Of a stretch of 64,000 nt of DNA, positions 1 through 11,400 are shown piece by piece. The notes below the pieces were generated by a model. It ran no database searches. It saw nothing but the letters and a program-made list of their open reading frames with translations, and was not told the DNA's origin. A program made the position numbers and the translations under genes. This DNA is from Azolla caroliniana (Eukaryota > Plantae > Polypodiophyta): assembly GCA_043228905.1 (NCBI GenBank), contig JBHGNT010000037.1, forward strand, positions 207,382 to 271,381, given 5' to 3'. Every line of letters begins with the position of its first letter. Position 1 is the stretch's first letter.

Positions 1-3000
1 AAGGCTAGCTATGATATAGAATTAAAAAATCGAGATTTTGAAACTCAAGTCGAGAGACATGAGGAAATTAGCATATTTGAGGAGGGAGTTGAGAAGTGCC
101 AGTGTGTAAATTAAAATGGTCATAGCTGGCTCGTGTGATATCGGATTTATGTGTTCAAACATGCGACTCGAAGATAACAACGCTAGCTATGACATAGAAT
201 TAAAAGATCGAGATTTTGAAACTCAGTTCGAGAGACATGAGGAAATTAGCATATTTGAGGAGGGAGTAGAGAAGAGCCAGTGAGTAAATTAAAATGGTCA
301 TACCTGGCTCGTGTGATATCGGATTTTTGTGTTCAAACATGCGAATCGAAGCTAACTACGCTAGCTTTGATATAGAATTAAAAAATCAAGATTTTGAAAC
401 TCACGTCGAGAGACATGAGGAAATTAGCATGTTGGAGGATTGAGTTGAGAAGAGCGAGTGAGTAAATTAAAATGGTCACACCTGGCTCGTGTGATATCGG
501 ATTTCTGTGTTCAAAATGCGAATCGAAGCTAACAAGGCTAGCTATGATATAGAATTAAAAAATCGAGATTTTGAAACTCAGTTCGAGAGACATGAAAAAA
601 TTAACATATTTGAGGAGGGAGTTGAGAAGAGCTAGTGAGTAAATTAAAATGGTCATACCTGGCTCGTGTGATATCGGATTTCTGTGTTCAAACATGCGAA
701 TCGAAGCTAACTAGGCTAGCTATGATATAGAATTAAAAAATCGAGATTTTGAAACTCAGGTCGAGAGACATGAAGAAATTAGCATATTTGAGGAGGGAGT
801 TGAGAAGAGCGTGTGAGTAAATTAAAATGGTCATACCTGGCTCGTGTGATATCGGATTTCTGTGCTCAAACATGTGAATCGAAGCTAACAAGGCTAGCTA
901 TCATATAAAATTAAAATATCAAGATTTTGAAACTGACGTCGAAAGACATGAGGTAATTAGCATGTTGGAGGAGGGAGTTGAGAAGAGCGTGTGAGTAAAT
1001 TAAAATGGTCATACCTGGCTCGTGTGATATCGGATTTCTGTGTTCAAACATGCGAATCGAAACTAACAAGGCTAGCTATGATATAGAATTAAAAAATCGT
1101 GATTTTGAAACTCAGGTCGAGAGACATGAGGAAATTAGCATATTTGAGGAGGGAGTTGAGAAGAGCCATTGAGTAAATTAAAATGGTCATACCTAGCTCG
1201 TGTGATATCGGATTGCTGTGTTCAAACATGCGAATCGAAGCTAACAAGGCTAGCTATGATATAGACTTAAAAAATCGAGATTTTGAAACTCAGGTCGAGA
1301 GACATGAAGAAATTAGCATATTTGAGGAGGGAGTTGAGAAGAGCGAGTGTGTAAATTAAAATGGTCATACCTGGCTCGTGTGATATCGGATTGCTGTGTT
1401 CAAACATGCAAATCGAAGCTAACAAGGCTAGCTATGATATAGAATTAAAAAATCGAGATTTTGAAACTCAGGTCGAGAGACATGAAGAAATTAGCATATT
1501 TGAGGAGGGAGTTGAGAAGAGCGTGTGAGTAAATTAAAATGGTCATACCTAGCTCGTGTGATATCGGATTTCTGTGTTCAAACATGCGAATCGAAACTAA
1601 CAAGGCTAGCTATGATATAGACTTAAAAAATCGTGATTTTGAAACTCAGGTCGAGAGACATGAGGAAATTAGCATATTTGAGGAGGGAGTTGAGAAGAGC
1701 CAGTGAGTAAATTAAAATAGTCATACCGGGCTCGTGTGATATCGGATTTCTGTGTTCAAACATGCAAATCGAAGCTAACAAGGCTAGCTATGATATAGAA
1801 TTAAAAAATCAAGATTTTGAAACTGACGTCGAAAGACATGAGGAAATTAGCATGCTGGAGGAGGGAGTTGAGAAGAGCGAGTGAGTAAATTAAAATGGTC
1901 ATACCTGGCTCGTGTGATATCGGATTTCTGTGTTCAAACATGCGAATCGAAGCTAACAAGGCTAGCTATGATATAGAATTAAAAAATCGAGATTTTGAAA
2001 CTCAGGTCGAGAGACATGAAGAAATTAGCATATTTGAGGAGGGAGTTGAGAAGAGCGTGTGAGTAAATTAAAATGGTCATACCTAGCTCGTGTGATATCG
2101 GATTTCTGTGTTCAAACATGCGAATCGAAACTAACAAGGCTAGCTATGATATAGACTTAAAAAATCGTGATTTTGAAACTCAGGTCGAGAGACATGAGGA
2201 AATTAGCATATTTGAGGAGGGAGTTGAGAAGAGCCAGTGAGTAAATTAAAATAGTCATACCGGGCTCGTGTGATATCGGATTTCTGTGTTCAAACATGCA
2301 AATCGAAGCTAACAAGGCTAGCTATGATATAGAATTAAAAAATCAAGATTTTGAAACTGACGTCGAAAGACATGAGGAAATTAGCATGCTGGAGGAGGGA
2401 GTTGAGAAGAGCGAGTGAGTAAATTAAAATGGTCATACCTGGCTCGTGTGATATCGGATTTTTGTGTTCAAACATGCGAATCGAAGCTAACAAGGCTAGC
2501 TATGATATAGAATTAAAAAATCGTGATTTTGAAACTCAGGTCGAGAGACATGAGGAATTTAACATATTTGAGGAGGGAGTTGAGAAGAGCCAGTGAGTAA
2601 ATTAAAATGGTCATACCTGGCTCGTGTGATATCGGATTTCTGTGCTCAAACATGTGAATCGAAGCTAACAAGGCTAGCTATCATATAAAATTAAAATATC
2701 AAGATTTTGAAACTGACGTCGAAAGACATGAGGTAATTAGCATGTTGGAGGAGGGAGTTGAGAAGAGCCAGTGAGTAAATTAAAATGGTCATACCTGGCT
2801 CGTGTGATATCGGATTTCTGTGTTCAAACATGCGAATCGAAACTAACAAGGCTAGCTATGATATAGAATTAAAAAATCAAGATTTTGAAACTCATGTCGA
2901 AAGACATTAGGAAATTAGCATGTTTGAGGAGGGAGTTGAGAAGAGCCAGTGAGTAAATTAAAATGGTCATACCTGGCTCGTGTGATATCGGATTTCTGTG

Positions 3001-6000
3001 CTCAAACATGTGAATCGAAGCTAACAAGGCTAGCTATGATATAGAATTAAAATATCAAGATTTTGAAACTGACGTCGAAAGACATGAGGAAATTAGCATG
3101 TTGGAGGAGGGAGTTGAGAAGAGCGAGTGAGTAAATTAAAATGGTTATACCTGGCTCGTGTGATATCGGATTTCTGTGTTCAAACATGCGAATCGAAACT
3201 AACAAGGCTAGCTATGATATAGAATTAAAAAATCGTGATTTTGAAACTCAGGTCGAGAGACATGAGGAAATTAGCATATTTGAGGAGGGAGTTGAGAAGA
3301 GCCAGTGAGTAAATTAAAATGGTCATACCTGGCTCGTGTGACATCGGATTTCTGTGTTCAAACATGCAAATCGAAGCTAACAAGGCTAGCTATGATATAG
3401 AATTAAAATATCAAGATTTTGAAACTGACGTCGAAAGACATGAGGAAATTAGCATGCTGGAGGAGGGAGTTGAGAAGAGCGAGTGAGTAAATTAAAATGG
3501 TCATACCTGGCTCGTGTGATATCGGATTTCTGTGTTCAAACATGCGAATCGAAGCTAACAAGGCTAGCTATGATATAGAATTAAAAAATCGTGATTTTGA
3601 AACTCAGGTCGAGAGACATGAGGAAATTAGCATATTTGAGGAGGGAGTTGAGAAGAGCCATTGAGTAAATTAAAATGGTCATACCTAGCTCGTGTGATAT
3701 CGGATTGCTGTGTTCAAACATGCGAATCGAAGCTAACAAGGCTAGCTATGATATAGACTTAAAAAATCGAGATTTTGAAACTCAGGTCGAGAGACATGAA
3801 GAAATTAGCATATTTGAGGAGGGAGTTGAGAAGAGCGAGTGTGTAAATTAAAATGGTCATACCTGGCTCGTGTGATATCGGATTTCTGTGTTCAAACATG
3901 CGAATCGAAGCTAACAAGGCTAGCTATGATATAGAATTAAAAAATCGAGATTTTGAAACTCAGGTCGAGAGACATGAAGAAATTAGCATATTTGAGGAGG
4001 GAGTTGAGAAGAGCGTGTGAGTAAATTAAAATGGTCATACCTGGCTCGTGTGATATCGGATTTCTGTGTTCAAACATGCGAATCGAAGCTAACAAGGCTA
4101 GCTATGACATAGAATTAAATAATCGAGATTTTGAAACTCAGTTCGAGAGACACGAGAAAATTAGCATATTTGAGGAGGGAGTAGAGAAGAGCCAGTGAGT
4201 AAATTAAAATGGTCATACCTGGCTCGTGTGATATCGGATTTCTGTGTTCAAACATGCGAATCGAAGCTAACAAGGCTAGCTATGATATAGAATTAAAAAA
4301 TCGAGATTTTGAAACTCAAGTCGAGAGACATGAGGAAATTAGCATATTTGAGGAGGGAGTTGAGAAGTGCCAGTGTGTAAATTAAAATGGTCATAGCTGG
4401 CTCGTGTGATATCGGATTTATGTGTTCAAACATGCGACTCGAAGATAACAACGCTAGCTATGACATAGAATTAAAAGATCGAGATTTTGAAACTCAGTTC
4501 GAGAGACATGAGGAAATTAGCATATTTGAGGAGGGAGTAGAGAAGAGCCAGTGAGTAAATTAAAATGGTCATACCTGGCTCGTGTGATATCGGATTTTTG
4601 TGTTCAAACATGCGAATCGAAGCTAACTACGCTAGCTTTGATATAGAATTAAAAAATCAAGATTTTGAAACTCACGTCGAGAGACATGAGGAAATTAGCA
4701 TGTTGGAGGATTGAGTTGAGAAGAGCGAGTGAGTAAATTAAAATGGTCACACCTGGCTCGTGTGATATCGGATTTCTGTGTTCAAAATGCGAATCGAAGC
4801 TAACAAGGCTAGCTATGATATAGAATTAAAAAATCGAGATTTTGAAACTCAGTTCGAGAGACATGAAAAAATTAACATATTTGAGGAGGGAGTTGAGAAG
4901 AGCTAGTGAGTAAATTAAAATGGTCATACCTGGCTCGTGTGATATCGGATTTCTGTGTTCAAACATGCGAATCGAAGCTAACTAGGCTAGCTATGATATA
5001 GAATTAAAAAATCGAGATTTTGAAACTCAGGTCGAGAGACATGAAGAAATTAGCATATTTGAGGAGGGAGTTGAGAAGAGCGTGTGAGTAAATTAAAATG
5101 GTCATACCTGGCTCGTGTGATATCGGATTTCTGTGCTCAAACATGTGAATCGAAGCTAACAAGGCTAGCTATCATATAAAATTAAAATATCAAGATTTTG
5201 AAACTGACGTCGAAAGACATGAGGTAATTAGCATGTTGGAGGAGGGAGTTGAGAAGAGCGTGTGAGTAAATTAAAATGGTCATACCTGGCTCGTGTGATA
5301 TCGGATTTCTGTGTTCAAACATGCGAATCGAAACTAACAAGGCTAGCTATGATATAGAATTAAAAAATCGTGATTTTGAAACTCAGGTCGAGAGACATGA
5401 GGAAATTAGCATATTTGAGGAGGGAGTTGAGAAGAGCCATTGAGTAAATTAAAATGGTCATACCTAGCTCGTGTGATATCGGATTGCTGTGTTCAAACAT
5501 GCGAATCGAAGCTAACAAGGCTAGCTATGATATAGACTTAAAAAATCGAGATTTTGAAACTCAGGTCGAGAGACATGAAGAAATTAGCATATTTGAGGAG
5601 GGAGTTGAGAAGAGCGAGTGTGTAAATTAAAATGGTCATACCTGGCTCGTGTGATATCGGATTGCTGTGTTCAAACATGCAAATCGAAGCTAACAAGGCT
5701 AGCTATGATATAGAATTAAAAAATCGAGATTTTGAAACTCAGGTCGAGAGACATGAAGAAATTAGCATATTTGAGGAGGGAGTTGAGAAGAGCGTGTGAG
5801 TAAATTAAAATGGTCATACCTAGCTCGTGTGATATCGGATTTCTGTGTTCAAACATGCGAATCGAAACTAACAAGGCTAGCTATGATATAGACTTAAAAA
5901 ATCGTGATTTTGAAACTCAGGTCGAGAGACATGAGGAAATTAGCATATTTGAGGAGGGAGTTGAGAAGAGCCAGTGAGTAAATTAAAATAGTCATACCGG

Positions 6001-6910
6001 GCTCGTGTGATATCGGATTTCTGTGTTCAAACATGCAAATCGAAGCTAACAAGGCTAGCTATGATATAGAATTAAAAAATCAAGATTTTGAAACTGACGT
6101 CGAAAGACATGAGGAAATTAGCATGCTGGAGGAGGGAGTTGAGAAGAGCGAGTGAGTAAATTAAAATGGTCATACCTGGCTCGTGTGATATCGGATTTCT
6201 GTGTTCAAACATGCGAATCGAAGCTAACAAGGCTAGCTATGATATAGAATTAAAAAATCGAGATTTTGAAACTCAGGTCGAGAGACATGAAGAAATTAGC
6301 ATATTTGAGGAGGGAGTTGAGAAGAGCGTGTGAGTAAATTAAAATGGTCATACCTAGCTCGTGTGATATCGGATTTCTGTGTTCAAACATGCGAATCGAA
6401 ACTAACAAGGCTAGCTATGATATAGACTTAAAAAATCGTGATTTTGAAACTCAGGTCGAGAGACATGAGGAAATTAGCATATTTGAGGAGGGAGTTGAGA
6501 AGAGCCAGTGAGTAAATTAAAATAGTCATACCGGGCTCGTGTGATATCGGATTTCTGTGTTCAAACATGCAAATCGAAGCTAACAAGGCTAGCTATGATA
6601 TAGAATTAAAAAATCAAGATTTTGAAACTGACGTCGAAAGACATGAGGAAATTAGCATGCTGGAGGAGGGAGTTGAGAAGAGCGAGTGAGTAAATTAAAA
6701 TGGTCATACCTGGCTCGTGTGATATCGGATTTTTGTGTTCAAACATGCGAATCGAAGCTAACAAGGCTAGCTATGATATAGAATTAAAAAATCGTGATTT
6801 TGAAACTCAGGTCGAGAGACATGAGGAATTTAACATATTTGAGGAGGGAGTTGAGAAGAGCCAGTGAGTAAATTAAAATGGTCATACCTGGCTCGTGTGA
6901 TATCGGATTT
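1..6910. repeat. Block duplication with 24-monomer offset (1-2639 matches 4272-6910)
   Basis: Rare markers recur at +4271 (24x178-1): GAGAAGTGCC 91/4362, TCAAAATGCG 511/4782, CCGGG 1726/5997, TGAGGAATTTAAC 2551/6822. The match ends at 2640 vs 6911. Confidence 0.9.
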
Positions 6911-7930
6911 ATGTGTTCAAACATGCGACTCGAAGATAACAACGCTAGCTATGACATAGAATTAAAAGATCGAGATTTTGAAACTCAGTTCGAGAGACAT
7001 GAGGAAATTAGCATATTTGAGGAGGGAGTAGAGAAGAGCCAGTGAGTAAATTAAAATGATCATACCTAGCTCGTGTGATATCGGATTTCTGTGTTCAAAC
7101 ATGCAAATCGAAGCTAACAAGGCTAGCTATGATATAGAATTAAAATATCGAGATTTTGAAACTCAGGTCGAGAGACATGAGGAAATTAGCATATTTGAGG
7201 AGGGAGTTGAGAAGAGCGAGTGAGTAAATTAAAATGGTCATACCTGGCTCGTGTGATATCGGATTTCTGTGTTCAAACATGCGAATCGAACCTAACAACG
7301 CTAGCTATGACATAGAATTAAAAAATCGAGATTTTGAAACTCAGGTCGAGAGACATGAGGAAATTAGCATATTTGAGGAGGGAGTTGAGAAGAGCCAGTG
7401 AGTAAATTAAAATGGTCATACCTGGCTCGTGTGATATCGGATTTATGTGTTCAAACATGCGACTCGAAGATAACAACGCTAGCTATGACATAGAATTAAA
7501 AGATCGAGATTTTGAAACTCAGTTCGAGAGACATGAGGAAATTAGCATATTTGAGGAGGGAGTAGAGAAGAGCCAGTGAGTAAATTAAAATGATCATACC
7601 TAGCTCGTGTGATATCGGATTTCTGTGTTCAAACATGCAAATCGAAGCTAACAAGGCTAGCTATGATATAGAATTAAAATATCGAGATTTTGAAACTCAG
7701 GTCGAGAGACATGAGGAAATTAGCATATTTGAGGAGGGAGTTGAGAAGAGCGAGTGAGTAAATTAAAATGGTCATACCTGGCTCGTGTGATATCGGATTT
7801 CTGTGTTCAAACATGCGAATCGAACCTAACAACGCTAGCTATGACATAGAATTAAAAAATCGAGATTTTGAAACTCAGGTCGAGAGACATGAGGAAATTA
7901 GCATATTTGAGGAGGGAGTTGAGAAGAGCG
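6860..7930. repeat. Tandem 3-monomer duplication
   Basis: TGATCATACCTAG at 7057/7591 and GAACCTAAC at 7288/7822, offset 534. Confidence 0.88.
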
Positions 7931-8490
7931 AGTGAGTAAATTAAACTGGTCAAACCTGGCACGTGTGATATCGGATTTCTCTGTTCAAACATGCGAATCG
8001 AAGCTAACAACGCTAGCTTTGATATAGAATTTAAAAATCAAGATTTTGAAACTCACGTCGAAAGACATGAGGAAATTAGAATATTTGAGGAGGGAGTTGA
8101 GAAGAGCTAGTGAGTAAATTAAAATGTTCATACCTGGCTCGTGTGATATCGGATTTTTGTGTCCAAACATGCGAATCGAAGCTAACAACGCTAGCTATCA
8201 TATAGAATTAAAAAATCGAGATTTTGAAACTCAGGTCGAGAGACATGAGGAAATTAGCATATTTCAAGAAGGAGTTGAGAAGAGCCAGTCAGTAAATTAA
8301 AATGTTCAGACCTGGCACGTGTGATATCGGATTTTTTTGTTCAAACATGCGAATCGAAGATAACAACGCTACCTATGATATAGAATTAAATAATCGAGAT
8401 TTTGAAACTCAGGTCGAGAGACATGAAGAAATTACAATATTTGAGGAGGGAGTTGAGAAGAGCTAGTGAGTAAATTAAAATGTTCATACC
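7930..8490. repeat. Island of about 3 highly diverged satellite monomers
   Basis: Dense private or rare variants: AAACTGGTCAAACCTGGCACGTG, ATTAGAATAT, TTTCAAGAAGGAG, GTTCAGACC, GATTTTTTTGT, ATTACAATAT. Confidence 0.85.
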
Positions 8491-11400
8491 TGGCTCGTGT
8501 GATATCGGATTTCTGTGCTCAAACATGTGAATCGAAGCTAACAAGGCTAGCTATGATATAGAATTAAAATATCAAGATTTTGAAACTGACGTCGAAAGAC
8601 ATGAGGAAATTAGCATGTTGGAGGAGGGAGTTGAGAAGAGCGAGTGAGTAAATTAAAATGGTTATACCTGGCTCGTGTGATATCGGATTTCTGTGTTCAA
8701 ACATGCGAATCGAAACTAACAAGGCTAGCTATGATATAGAATTAAAAAATCGTGATTTTGAAACTCAGGTCGAGAGACATGAGGAAATTAGCATATTTGA
8801 GGAGGGAGTTGAGAAGAGCCAGTGAGTAAATTAAAATGGTCATACCTGGCTCGTGTGACATCGGATTTCTGTGTTCAAACATGCAAATCGAAGCTAACAA
8901 GGCTAGCTATGATATAGAATTAAAATATCAAGATTTTGAAACTGACGTCGAAAGACATGAGGAAATTAGCATGCTGGAGGAGGGAGTTGAGAAGAGCGAG
9001 TGAGTAAATTAAAATGGTCATACCTGGCTCGTGTGATATCGGATTTCTGTGTTCAAACATGCGAATCGAAGCTAACAAGGCTAGCTATGATATAGAATTA
9101 AAAAATCGTGATTTTGAAACTCAGGTCGAGAGACATGAGGAAATTAGCATATTTGAGGAGGGAGTTGAGAAGAGCCATTGAGTAAATTAAAATGGTCATA
9201 CCTAGCTCGTGTGATATCGGATTGCTGTGTTCAAACATGCGAATCGAAGCTAACAAGGCTAGCTATGATATAGACTTAAAAAATCGAGATTTTGAAACTC
9301 AGGTCGAGAGACATGAAGAAATTAGCATATTTGAGGAGGGAGTTGAGAAGAGCGAGTGTGTAAATTAAAATGGTCATACCTGGCTCGTGTGATATCGGAT
9401 TTCTGTGTTCAAACATGCGAATCGAAGCTAACAAGGCTAGCTATGATATAGAATTAAAAAATCGAGATTTTGAAACTCAGGTCGAGAGACATGAAGAAAT
9501 TAGCATATTTGAGGAGGGAGTTGAGAAGAGCGTGTGAGTAAATTAAAATGGTCATACCTGGCTCGTGTGATATCGGATTTCTGTGTTCAAACATGCGAAT
9601 CGAAGCTAACAAGGCTAGCTATGACATAGAATTAAATAATCGAGATTTTGAAACTCAGTTCGAGAGACACGAGAAAATTAGCATATTTGAGGAGGGAGTA
9701 GAGAAGAGCCAGTGAGTAAATTAAAATGGTCATACCTGGCTCGTGTGATATCGGATTTCTGTGTTCAAACATGCGAATCGAAGCTAACAAGGCTGGCTAT
9801 GATATAGAATTAAAAAATCGAGATTTTGAAACTCAAGTCGAGAGACATGAGGAAATTAGCATATTTGAGGAGGGAGTTGAGAAGTGCCAGTGTGTAAATT
9901 AAAATGGTCATAGCTGGCTCGTGTGATATCGGATTTATGTGTTCAAACATGCGACTCGAAGATAACAACGCTAGCTATGACATAGAATTAAAAGATCGAG
10001 ATTTTGAAACTCAGTTCGAGAGACATGAGGAAATTAGCATATTTGAGGAGGGAGTAGAGAAGAGCCAGTGAGTAAATTAAAATGGTCATACCTGGCTCGT
10101 GTGATATCGGATTTTTGTGTTCAAACATGCGAATCGAAGCTAACTACGCTAGCTTTGATATAGAATTAAAAAATCAAGATTTTGAAACTCACGTCGAGAG
10201 ACATGAGGAAATTAGCATGTTGGAGGATTGAGTTGAGAAGAGCGAGTGAGTAAATTAAAATGGTCACACCTGGCTCGTGTGATATCGGATTTCTGTGTTC
10301 AAAATGCGAATCGAAGCTAACAAGGCTAGCTATGATATAGAATTAAAAAATCGAGATTTTGAAACTCAGTTCGAGAGACATGAAAAAATTAACATATTTG
10401 AGGAGGGAGTTGAGAAGAGCTAGTGAGTAAATTAAAATGGTCATACCTGGCTCGTGTGATATCGGATTTCTGTGTTCAAACATGCGAATCGAAGCTAACT
10501 AGGCTAGCTATGATATAGAATTAAAAAATCGAGATTTTGAAACTCAGGTCGAGAGACATGAAGAAATTAGCATATTTGAGGAGGGAGTTGAGAAGAGCGT
10601 GTGAGTAAATTAAAATGGTCATACCTGGCTCGTGTGATATCGGATTTCTGTGCTCAAACATGTGAATCGAAGCTAACAAGGCTAGCTATCATATAAAATT
10701 AAAATATCAAGATTTTGAAACTGACGTCGAAAGACATGAGGTAATTAGCATGTTGGAGGAGGGAGTTGAGAAGAGCGTGTGAGTAAATTAAAATGGTCAT
10801 ACCTGGCTCGTGTGATATCGGATTTCTGTGTTCAAACATGCGAATCGAAACTAACAAGGCTAGCTATGATATAGAATTAAAAAATCAAGATTTTGAAACT
10901 CATGTCGAAAGACATTAGGAAATTAGCATGTTTGAGGAGGGAGTTGAGAAGAGCCAGTGAGTAAATTAAAATGGTCATACCTGGCTCGTGTGATATCGGA
11001 TTTCTGTGCTCAAACATGTGAATCGAAGCTAACAAGGCTAGCTATGATATAGAATTAAAATATCAAGATTTTGAAACTGACGTCGAAAGACATGAGGAAA
11101 TTAGCATGTTGGAGGAGGGAGTTGAGAAGAGCGAGTGAGTAAATTAAAATGGTTATACCTGGCTCGTGTGATATCGGATTTCTGTGTTCAAACATGCGAA
11201 TCGAAACTAACAAGGCTAGCTATGATATAGAATTAAAAAATCGTGATTTTGAAACTCAGGTCGAGAGACATGAGGAAATTAGCATATTTGAGGAGGGAGT
11301 TGAGAAGAGCCAGTGAGTAAATTAAAATGGTCATACCTGGCTCGTGTGACATCGGATTTCTGTGTTCAAACATGCAAATCGAAGCTAACAAGGCTAGCTA

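Larger units (their letters stand above)
2967..10886. repeat. Block duplication with 31-monomer offset (2967-5369 matches 8484-10886)
   Basis: Offset 5517 (31x178-1): CTCAAACATGTG 3001/8518, GAGAAGTGCC 4362/9879, 177-bp monomer 4782/10299. The match ends at 5370 vs 10887. Confidence 0.88.

Noticed and set aside
79-98. GGAGG Shine-Dalgarno-like or G-quadruplex motif
   Set aside because: No coding context follows, and there is only one GGG run per monomer, too few for a canonical G4.
1-178. Identity with Arabidopsis CEN178/CEN180, alpha satellite, or a 5S rDNA/tRNA tandem unit
   Set aside because: Only the length is similar. I recognise no diagnostic motifs of those satellites, no 5S rRNA sequence and no tRNA cloverleaf on either strand. 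This was judged from memory, not by search.
7959-7964. G-box/ACGT-core motifs (CACGTG variant; TGACGTC in type B monomers)
   Set aside because: These are short motifs created by point variants inside a satellite with no nearby gene, so there is no support for regulatory function.
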